From IMG/VR virus record IMGVR_UViG_3300031853_000016: a stretch of DNA of 21,472 nucleotides. The stretch is one strand, 5' to 3'. Source of the DNA: an uncultured virus (IMG/VR IMGVR_UViG_3300031853_000016). Its lineage: Duplodnaviria; Heunggongvirae; Uroviricota; Caudoviricetes. Below, in pieces: positions 9,290 to 15,770 of this stretch. Position 1 is the stretch's first letter. Each line of letters opens with the position of its first letter. The translations under genes and the position numbers were made by a program. The notes beneath the pieces were generated by a model. It was not told where the DNA came from. It worked only from the letters and a program-made list of their open reading frames with translations, and made no database searches.

Positions 9290-9558
9290 TATGAGTTTGG
9301 GTTCGTTGACAGTTCATTCTCGATCCATTTCGGGAACTCTGAAGCAAAGCGTTTGAAGTCGTCCATAGTGAAATTATCTTTGATGTAGTCTGGTTCTACT
9401 ACTATGCCCTCATCGTTTCTGCTGCATATATCAGCTATAGCCTTATATACAGCCTCGTCCGTTCTGGCGTTCCTGTATCCGTCATACCACATTCGCACAG
9501 TAGGCTGATGCACAGTAAGACGTGTACCGTTATCAAGTTTCAGATCATATTTTCTCAT
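9289..9558 (-). CDS. Tail assembly chaperone (gpG-like)
   Basis: 89 aa with AAGGAG RBS, between the major tail gene and the TMP, ending ...TNPNS at a slippery site. Confidence 0.72.
   Translation of the reverse strand: MRKYDLKLDNGTRLTVHQPTVRMWYDGYRNARTDEAVYKAIADICSRNDEGIVVEPDYIKDNFTMDDFKRFASEFPKWIENELSTNPNS
9295..9301 (-). promoter_or_regulatory. Programmed -1 ribosomal frameshift heptamer C CCA AAC
   Basis: XXXYYYZ heptamer in the correct phase just before the stop. The -1 frame reads CCC AAA CTC ATA ATG CCT TAC into the next ORF. Confidence 0.8.
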
Positions 9559-9573
9559 ACCATGCTCCTTTAC

Positions 9574-9600
9574 AAAAACAGGGCAGGATCTCTCCTGCCC
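9574..9600 (-). terminator. Intrinsic terminator after the major tail gene and small ORF
   Basis: GGGCAGGA-GAGA-TCCTGCCC perfect 8-bp stem followed by TGTTTTT. Confidence 0.75.
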
Positions 9601-9605
9601 CTCTG

Positions 9606-9773
9606 TTATTTCTTCTCTATCAGCGGAATACCGCGTTTGTTATCGCTTCCCGAAAGCTCGGCGATACGCTCTTTTGAAGGCTTGGCACCGCCTTTTCTCG
9701 GGTAGTTGTCGCCCTCATTATAGTGATAGCCGCCGTCCTGAAGGTCCTCAAACGCTGCTATGACCTTGTACAT
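9606..9773 (-). CDS. Small conserved-type phage protein (55 aa)
   Basis: MYKVIAAFEDLQD...YNEGDNYPR...RIAELSGSDNKRGIPLI, with a GGAGGT RBS inside the end of the major tail gene. The true start is 9773 rather than 9824. Confidence 0.75.
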   Translation of the reverse strand: MYKVIAAFEDLQDGGYHYNEGDNYPRKGGAKPSKERIAELSGSDNKRGIPLIEKK

Positions 9774-9774
9774 A

Positions 9775-10356
9775 TCATGCACCTCCGCTCTGAACAGCAG
9801 CAGCCTCGATGATCTCCTCTTCATAGATCAGAAGTGTGCCGTCTGAATCGAGCTTAGGCTCGAGCTCGAATGTAGGAGTTATGATAGTTTCCTGAGTAGG
9901 TGAGAACGCTGCTTCCCAGCCGGAAGTATTAACGCCTACACCTGTGATACGGATATCGCCGTCTACCTTATCCTTATGAACGCCGCGGATCAGGTAACGC
10001 TTTCCGTTATCATTGTCAATTCCGCCAATCTTAGCAGTACGCTTATTATTAGCCTCTGTGACTCTTGCAGTAGCGATAAGCTTCTGGAGAGTATTGCCGT
10101 TCCAGGTGATATTTCCGTAGCTGATAGCCATATTTTCACCTGTGATCTTGCGCTTCTTAGCCTTGCCATCGTCGGATTCGGCTACATACCAGGTCGTAGT
10201 ATAGTTAACAGTTGCGCCGTTCTTTGTACGGCCTATCATATTAGCTTCGACTTCCAGTGCTTCATCAGTGGGGATAGTTCCCGTAAACTCCACAACGTAG
10301 AAATCCATTGATCCCAGTGGGATCTTATTGAGCTCTTTAGTCTGTGTGTGTCCCAT
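9775..10356 (-). CDS. Major tail protein
   Basis: Start reassigned to MGHTQTKE (GGAGGT RBS, ATG at 10356), 193 aa. IPLGS...IGRTKNGATVNY motif; lies before the chaperones. Confidence 0.8.
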   Translation of the reverse strand: MGHTQTKELNKIPLGSMDFYVVEFTGTIPTDEALEVEANMIGRTKNGATVNYTTTWYVAESDDGKAKKRKITGENMAISYGNITWNGNTLQKLIATARVTEANNKRTAKIGGIDNDNGKRYLIRGVHKDKVDGDIRITGVGVNTSGWEAAFSPTQETIITPTFELEPKLDSDGTLLIYEEEIIEAAAVQSGGA

Positions 10357-10693
10357 TTTGACCTCCTGTTTTCTGAATAGTATTAAACGAATAGGATGTA
10401 AAGTGCATCCCTTCATCTTCAAGATAGGTATCCGCCTGTTTTTCAAGCTCTGTATCGAAAAATAATGCTTCAAGCTGTCTTTCAAGAGAAACATCCTTAT
10501 CCTCGGTATAAAGCTCTACTATAACAGTGGAATCGCGGTAAAGATTGTAATTATCGGCGCCTTTTATTTCCGCACCTGCCTCATGATAGGCAATGAACGG
10601 AAGCTCCTGCGGTTTATTGAATCGAAGGTAAGCTACAGGAAGGCTGAGAGAACAAAGGCGCTGATATATCTCATCGAATTCAAGTTGTATCAT
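10337..10693 (-). CDS. Tail completion/terminator-like protein
   Basis: LPVAY..F...LPFIAY, ADN and VELYTEDKD..LE motifs; synteny. Confidence 0.7.
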   Translation of the reverse strand: MIQLEFDEIYQRLCSLSLPVAYLRFNKPQELPFIAYHEAGAEIKGADNYNLYRDSTVIVELYTEDKDVSLERQLEALFFDTELEKQADTYLEDEGMHFTSYSFNTIQKTGGQNGTHTD

Positions 10694-11088
10694 ATTTCCT
10701 CCAGCAGCTTCAGCACCTTCTGCTGAGCGTGATCGTTAGCAATACTTATGTGAGGGATAGGCCTGGTCCTTGTTATGCCGTTACGTGTAAGATGTCCGTT
10801 TTCAAGTAAGTGAGTAAGCCGGTAATGTCTGCCTTTGACGTGGACTGTAACGGTTATATTACCATTGCTTTTTTCAATGAGATATGTCCAGTTTCTGCGA
10901 TATGCACCTTTGGCAACACCCTTGTCACTGCCTGCATATACAGGCGCAAGGCGTTTTACTTCCTCCAGCGCTTCTTCACCGACAGTTTCTATGCATTCTC
11001 CGACCTTTTCTCTGACTTCGGCAGTATAGCCCTTGCAGTAGTCCATAAGCGTAGTAACAAGCTCATCGGCAGTGATCGTATCATTCAT
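10690..11088 (-). CDS. HK97 gp10-like head-tail/tail completion protein
   Basis: GAYRRNW, YRLTHLLENGH and PHI motifs; synteny. Confidence 0.8.
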   Translation of the reverse strand: MNDTITADELVTTLMDYCKGYTAEVREKVGECIETVGEEALEEVKRLAPVYAGSDKGVAKGAYRRNWTYLIEKSNGNITVTVHVKGRHYRLTHLLENGHLTRNGITRTRPIPHISIANDHAQQKVLKLLEEI

Positions 11089-11420
11089 ATTCTTACTCCT
11101 CCGTTAAGCTGTCTGGCACGGATCACGAACTCCATGTGCTGCTCTTTGAAATCGTCAATGTGCTTGATATCGTAGGTAATGCCCTTGTATACGATGCGGA
11201 GCTCTGATGTGAGCTTGCTTTCAAGGATCCTTGAATACCTTATCTTGAATATCATATCATTCTCAGAATTGACCTGTGCAGCAGCATAGTATTCACGTCC
11301 GCCTGTACCATTGATCTCCGCCCAGGGCCTGAATAAGGTCTGCCATGCTTTCTTGTGATTGCCGATATTATCAGTAGTCTCAGCATAATGCTGTATCTCG
11401 ATCTTTTTCGTATAAGCCAT
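11085..11420 (-). CDS. Head closure protein (SPP1 gp16-like)
   Basis: DNIGN...W...WAEI...GREYYAA, FKIRY and RIVYKGITYDI motifs. Confidence 0.88.
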   Translation of the reverse strand: MAYTKKIEIQHYAETTDNIGNHKKAWQTLFRPWAEINGTGGREYYAAAQVNSENDMIFKIRYSRILESKLTSELRIVYKGITYDIKHIDDFKEQHMEFVIRARQLNGGVRI

Positions 11421-11424
11421 AATA

Positions 11425-11718
11425 TCACCCCAGATGATTTACTGCGTACATACTGAGTATCGTTTTTACTGTAGGTGATACCTGTTTATGCAGACTGAGA
11501 GTATAATCCCTCTGAGTATACATGTCATACACAAGTACGCAGAATGCTGTAGTAAGATCTTCATGCTCGTCTATCTGTGCATCGCCAAGTCCTGTATAGC
11601 CTTTGATATAGGCTTTTGCCGCAGGCATCAGCAGACTGGTTATAATATCATCGCTGTCATCATCGGAAATACCGGTATAGTCTTTGACGATCTCAGATGT
11701 AAGCTCACTTATTTTCAT
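11425..11718 (-). CDS. Head-tail connector (HK97 gp6 / SPP1 gp15-like)
   Basis: VKDY...DDDSDDII...AAKAYIKGYTG and LVYDMYTQR motifs; follows the capsid gene. Confidence 0.88.
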   Translation of the reverse strand: MKISELTSEIVKDYTGISDDDSDDIITSLLMPAAKAYIKGYTGLGDAQIDEHEDLTTAFCVLVYDMYTQRDYTLSLHKQVSPTVKTILSMYAVNHLG

Positions 11719-11742
11719 ACTCTCACCGCCTTTCGGATATTT

Positions 11743-11772
11743 TCAGCGGACAAGCTCTCACCTGTCCGCCGA
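11743..11772 (-). promoter_or_regulatory. Stable hairpin after the capsid gene (mRNA stabiliser or weak terminator)
   Basis: TCGGCGGACAGG-TGAGAG-CTTGTCCGCTGA, 12-bp stem with two G-U pairs and no U-tract. Confidence 0.55.
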
Positions 11773-11777
11773 TATAA

Positions 11778-12935
11778 TTATGATGCCTTGACCTTAAGAA
11801 CAGCAAGCTTCTGCTCGTCTGTGACCTTGCTGTCGAACTCAAACCAACAGTCGATGCCGATTGCGTGCTGAGTGTGATATGCTTCTCTGAGCACCTCAAT
11901 ACCGATATCCTCGCGGAAGTTTACAGAGAGACCGCTGTAGTCACCGTAGAGCACCGCAAGCTTGTTGCCGCCAATCTCGTCCATATTGTCAGAGAGGTAT
12001 ACAGGCTTTCCGAGGAGTCGGTAAGGGAACTCAGATGATACATCAGGCTGAATCAGAGGTCTGTTGTCTCCGTCCTTAAGCTGCTTGATAACTGTGAATG
12101 TTGCAGGAGTCATAGTCCAGCAAGCTTTCTTCTGGTGTGCCTGCTTAACAGCCGACTGGAGTGCGATAAGATCATCAAGACCAATGGTAAGTGCTGTACC
12201 TGTAGTAACAACATTTGTTGTCTTAACTGCGCCCTGTGCAGCACTTGAACCGCTACCCTTAAGGAGCTCTCCCTCGAGGAACTGTGCAGCCTTTTCAGCG
12301 ATCTTGCGGATAACGAACTCTGTAACGTTGACTGCTGCGCTGTTGATAACGCTCTTGCCAACAAGTACGAGAGCGCCTGCAAGATAACCGCCAAGATCTA
12401 CAGAAGCGAATTTACCGCTGTCTGCTGTGAGAGGAGTGAACTCTGTTGCATATCCTACAGTCACATCATGTGTAGAGTTTGCCTTTGTCCACTTCGGGAT
12501 CTTAAGAACGCCTTTTTCGTGGTATACGTCAGCTCCTGCAAGGATAGGACAGATATCAACGACAGCGTCGATGATACGCTTAGCAATAGTAGTCGGGATA
12601 ACTGCACCGTTGTTGTTAGTCCAGTCAACGTTCTGCTCGCCTGCTCTCATCTCGGTGATCTTACCGTTAAGGAAGTCGGTGAAAGCTCTCTCCTCGATCT
12701 GCTCCTGTGTGAGCTTCTCTGTCTGCTGTGCTGCCTGAGGGACGTGGAGCTCAGATATACCTTTAGCTCTCTCTTCCTTCTCGATAGTTGCATCGAGAGA
12801 CTTTATCTCTGCCTCGAGTGCATCAAATGCAGCAGTCTCCTCCTCGTTGAACGCACGCTCCTCAGCCTTTACAGTGTCAAGCATGGACTGAAGCTCTGCT
12901 TTCTTTTTGTTTCTGAGTTCAATAAGCTTTTTCAT
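11778..12935 (-). CDS. Major capsid protein, HK97 family, with N-terminal delta (scaffold) domain
   Basis: Coiled-coil first ~98 aa, then GAVIPTTIAKRII, LKDGDNRPL, RLLGKPVYLSDNM and YGDYS. Confidence 0.95.
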   Translation of the reverse strand: MKKLIELRNKKKAELQSMLDTVKAEERAFNEEETAAFDALEAEIKSLDATIEKEERAKGISELHVPQAAQQTEKLTQEQIEERAFTDFLNGKITEMRAGEQNVDWTNNNGAVIPTTIAKRIIDAVVDICPILAGADVYHEKGVLKIPKWTKANSTHDVTVGYATEFTPLTADSGKFASVDLGGYLAGALVLVGKSVINSAAVNVTEFVIRKIAEKAAQFLEGELLKGSGSSAAQGAVKTTNVVTTGTALTIGLDDLIALQSAVKQAHQKKACWTMTPATFTVIKQLKDGDNRPLIQPDVSSEFPYRLLGKPVYLSDNMDEIGGNKLAVLYGDYSGLSVNFREDIGIEVLREAYHTQHAIGIDCWFEFDSKVTDEQKLAVLKVKAS

Positions 12936-13507
12936 AATTCTTTGATCCTTCTTTCGTAATCAGTGTAATCGGGTTTATTTTCGTATGTGATATACTCAGG
13001 CGGTACATCCATACCGCGCTGTTCCAGGTCGACAGCTTCGCCGGCACGGCACTCCACCGAAGTAGCAGCATAACAAGGGATCTTGTCCTTGATAAGAGAT
13101 ATGTGGTCGAGCATAAGGCTTTTAACGTGCCTTATCGGGAGCTCATCCTCTCCCCTTTTCTCCATTTCGTCCTGTACGTTGTACATTCCGAAGCTCCAGC
13201 CTCTGAGCTTGCCTTTTCGTGCCATTTCAATGACTGTTTCATCGGTGATGAGTACGTCGGCGTGGAGTCCGATAGCGTCCTCTTTCAGCGTCAGAGTGCC
13301 GTCACGGGTACTTGCATAGGCGTGTCCCTGATCGTGATCGAGGGTAACGGTTATATCACCGTTCTTCTTGATAGCCTCCGCAAAAGCCCTCTCCTCGATA
13401 GTTTCAAGGACTTTGCCCCTTGGAGTTATCACAGGCCTGCTCAGCTTGCCGGTGACATTGACGTAGCCGCTTATATGCAGGCCGTCAGCTCTTAGTTCTA
13501 TACGCAT
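12932..13507 (-). CDS. HK97-family prohead protease
   Basis: ISGYVN, ETIEERAF, LDHD, LKEDAIGL and LRGWSFG (catalytic His and Ser contexts). Overlaps the capsid start by ATGA-like coupling. Confidence 0.93.
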   Translation of the reverse strand: MRIELRADGLHISGYVNVTGKLSRPVITPRGKVLETIEERAFAEAIKKNGDITVTLDHDQGHAYASTRDGTLTLKEDAIGLHADVLITDETVIEMARKGKLRGWSFGMYNVQDEMEKRGEDELPIRHVKSLMLDHISLIKDKIPCYAATSVECRAGEAVDLEQRGMDVPPEYITYENKPDYTDYERRIKEL

Positions 13508-13535
13508 TTTATCACTTCCTTTCGTGGTTTGGGTA

Positions 13536-13579
13536 TAAAAAATGCACCTGCAAGGGACGTTTATGTCCTTAGCAAATGC
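13536..13579 (-). terminator. Intrinsic terminator after the inserted 80-aa gene
   Basis: GCATTTGCTAAGGAC-ATAAAC-GTCCCTTGCAGGTGC followed by ATTTTTT. Confidence 0.65.
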
Positions 13580-13588
13580 TTGTAAGCG

Positions 13589-13831
13589 TTATTCAGTTAT
13601 GACAACATTCTCGAACTTCTTGTAAGCGTCGAGATACCATTCCTTCTTGTCGCCGTTGTATGTCAGCTCGTAGTACATACCATCAGGCAGCGAACTTGAC
13701 AGCAAATACTTCCAGTTCTGCAACGCCTTACACTTCCAGACGGTGTATACTTCAAACTCAGGCTTCTGGTCTGACTTGTCAAGGTGCCCTTCGATGTAGT
13801 CTCTGACTATCTGTAAAGCCTTCTCGTCCAT
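13589..13831 (-). CDS. Small phage protein, DUF6275-like (moron-like insertion in the head module)
   Basis: VYTVWKCKALQNWKYLLSS...DGMYYELTYNGDKKEWYLDAYKKFEN. The GGAGGAGGTG RBS places the start at MDEK (13831). Confidence 0.8.
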   Translation of the reverse strand: MDEKALQIVRDYIEGHLDKSDQKPEFEVYTVWKCKALQNWKYLLSSSLPDGMYYELTYNGDKKEWYLDAYKKFENVVITE

Positions 13832-13857
13832 TCTTCTCACCTCCTCCAAATGGGCAT

Positions 13858-13885
13858 AAGAAAACCGCTCACAATGTGAACGGTT
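13858..13885 (-). terminator. Intrinsic terminator closing the toxin-immunity unit
   Basis: AACCGTTCAC-ATT-GTGAGCGGTT followed by TTCTT, 10 bp after the stop of the 78-aa ORF. Confidence 0.75.
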
Positions 13886-13895
13886 AATTTGTTAT

Positions 13896-14132
13896 TTATG
13901 CGTGAATAATGCTATACAAATCATCGATGATAGATACAGCCATATCGCCTCTTTTGCCGATAGATGATGAAGTATCATCGCCAGCCATAAAGTTTTCATA
14001 GCTTTCATCTGTTTCAATGTCAAAACACTTCAAACGAATCTCTTCAACTGCTTTCTTATCGGAATAATCTATTTCAGTTATCCCGAATTCATTTTTCAGA
14101 AATTCAAGCTGTTTTGAATTCAACGTTTTCAT
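13896..14132 (-). CDS. Putative immunity protein for the portal-fused toxin domain
   Basis: 78 aa, acidic, AT-rich. Its ATG directly abuts the portal TAA, and its GGAGGGTG RBS is embedded in the last portal codons (LEGD). Function is inferred from position. Confidence 0.6.
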   Translation of the reverse strand: MKTLNSKQLEFLKNEFGITEIDYSDKKAVEEIRLKCFDIETDESYENFMAGDDTSSSIGKRGDMAVSIIDDLYSIIHA

Positions 14133-15764
14133 TTAATCACCCTCCAAGAGTATAGCCGTGATCATTAGACCGGAAGTTTCATAAACTAATCTGATATTGC
14201 CCTTCTGGACACACTTGCGATTAGGCTTATTTCCAGGATATGTACTTGTTGGATTGCTTAAAACATCTTTTACAGTACCGGAAGATATTCCTCTTTCAAT
14301 CATACGATCAGCAGTATGCGGTATCATTGACTGAATAACAGTTCCGTCTGCTGCTTTTGTACCTTTAATGTCTTTTATAAACTTTTTGCGTTGCTCTGGT
14401 GTTGCTTTTATTATACCACTTTTCTGAGATTTGTCAACACTTTTCCCGGATTTTCCACCTGCTCCGCTGGAAGAACTGCCGCCTGATCCTTTGCTTCCGG
14501 TAAAGTAACCGTGTGCTCCTTTAGTCCAGCTGTCTCCTCTTGCTCTCTCTTCGCCTGTTTTCAGGTTCTTTGTCTGTCCTGTATTCGGTGTGAATACGTC
14601 CATAGTCTCAGGATTGAGGAGAACGTCCTGGAGTCCCAGTTTGACGAAGTTGAAGCCGAGCGGTTCATAGTCCTCTTCACGGCGTATCTCGTCTATCTGA
14701 AGGATATTATTGCGGACAGCGACTTCATAAGCATCGTAGCGCTCCTTCATGCTGCCGCGTGTCAGTTCTTTCGTATCAAATGCCCAGTAATAGCCCTGCT
14801 CCTTCTCTGATTCAAGCAGCAGAACGTTGTCAAGCTCCGTTTCTATCTGATTCAGGAGGGATATGACCGCAGAAATAAACTTCTTGTTGTCGTCCTCGGA
14901 AGCGCCGCCGTCAATGACCGTATGAGGGAAGCCAAACAGCTTGCATATTTCAATACTGTTGGTCTTCTTGTTCTCGTTCATCTGAAGCTCTGCCGCCGTT
15001 GAAGAAATAGCCTCGAAGTCTACACCGTCATTCAGTACGACGATCTTATCACGCTTCTCCTCGTTGTCATAGACCTTCTGATATCCTTCCTTGATAGCAG
15101 CTATTGCCGCATCCGAGAGCCTGTTCTTCGATTTCAGGAAGCCCGGTTTGCATCCGCCGTTGGAGTTCATCATGTTTTCGAGCTTCAGAGCGTTCCATGC
15201 AGCTGATAGTATCGATGATGCTTCCTCTTGCAGCGGAATATTTGTATATCCGTCACGAGTTTTGCGCAGCAGCTTGACGAACTGGAAGTCATAATACGTC
15301 TGTGCGTTTATCTGAACTCGGAAAGCCTTGAATATCGGATCCGTGTTGCAGAGTATACTGACACTGCGGCTGTCCACATAGTGCAGGCTCCTGACGCTCA
15401 GGCTGTCACTGTTGACGTATATCCAGGCTCCGCGGCCGAGATAGTAGTCCTCGACAGCTGCTTTCCACATATCAACAGTGCTCAGTGTATCGCCGGTGCT
15501 GCCGTTCAGCAGCTTTATACGCGGATCATCATATATTTCCGTGACTTCTTCTTCGTCCTTGCGGTAAAGCTTCACAGGAAGCCGTGATATTGTCTCTCCG
15601 ACCTTGTTGATGCAGGCTGATACTGTTGGTATACTGAGAGCAGCTTCACGAGTAAGCTCCCCGGTGATACCGAAGAACGTCAGTATAGATGTCTCTGCAT
15701 TCTGAACAGTATCTGCTCTTATTTCCTGTTTCTTTTTACGTCTGAAAAGTCCTATTGTGACCAC
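14133..15764 (-). CDS. HK97-family portal protein with C-terminal Gly/Ser linker and putative DUF4258-like toxin (RNase) domain
   Basis: Portal motifs AALSIPTVSACINK, ICKLFGFP, FDTKELTRG and DEIRREED occupy ~400 aa. A further ~135 aa contain GSKGSGGSSSSGAGG and PHTADRMIERGISSGTVKDVLSNP...IRLVYE...ITAI. The true start may be ATA at 15755. Confidence 0.9.
   Translation of the reverse strand: MVTIGLFRRKKKQEIRADTVQNAETSILTFFGITGELTREAALSIPTVSACINKVGETISRLPVKLYRKDEEEVTEIYDDPRIKLLNGSTGDTLSTVDMWKAAVEDYYLGRGAWIYVNSDSLSVRSLHYVDSRSVSILCNTDPIFKAFRVQINAQTYYDFQFVKLLRKTRDGYTNIPLQEEASSILSAAWNALKLENMMNSNGGCKPGFLKSKNRLSDAAIAAIKEGYQKVYDNEEKRDKIVVLNDGVDFEAISSTAAELQMNENKKTNSIEICKLFGFPHTVIDGGASEDDNKKFISAVISLLNQIETELDNVLLLESEKEQGYYWAFDTKELTRGSMKERYDAYEVAVRNNILQIDEIRREEDYEPLGFNFVKLGLQDVLLNPETMDVFTPNTGQTKNLKTGEERARGDSWTKGAHGYFTGSKGSGGSSSSGAGGKSGKSVDKSQKSGIIKATPEQRKKFIKDIKGTKAADGTVIQSMIPHTADRMIERGISSGTVKDVLSNPTSTYPGNKPNRKCVQKGNIRLVYETSGLMITAILLEGD
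14410..14437 (-). promoter_or_regulatory. Internal SigA-type promoter inside the portal-toxin linker
   Basis: TTGACA (14437-14432), a 16-nt spacer ending TGG, then TATAAT (14415-14410). Both hexamers are perfect and there is an extended -10 TG. Confidence 0.8.
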
Positions 15765-15770
15765 TTCCTT

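Noticed and set aside
9760..9800. Possible frameshift extension of the major tail protein into the 55-aa ORF
   Set aside because: No slippery sequence is seen at the end of the tail gene, and the small ORF has its own GGAGGT RBS.
10357..10494. N-terminal extension of the major tail ORF in the track (similarly 17561, 17970, 18501 and 13849 starts)
   Set aside because: These extensions overlap upstream genes or regulatory regions; downstream ATGs with strong RBSs or coupling overlaps are better starts.
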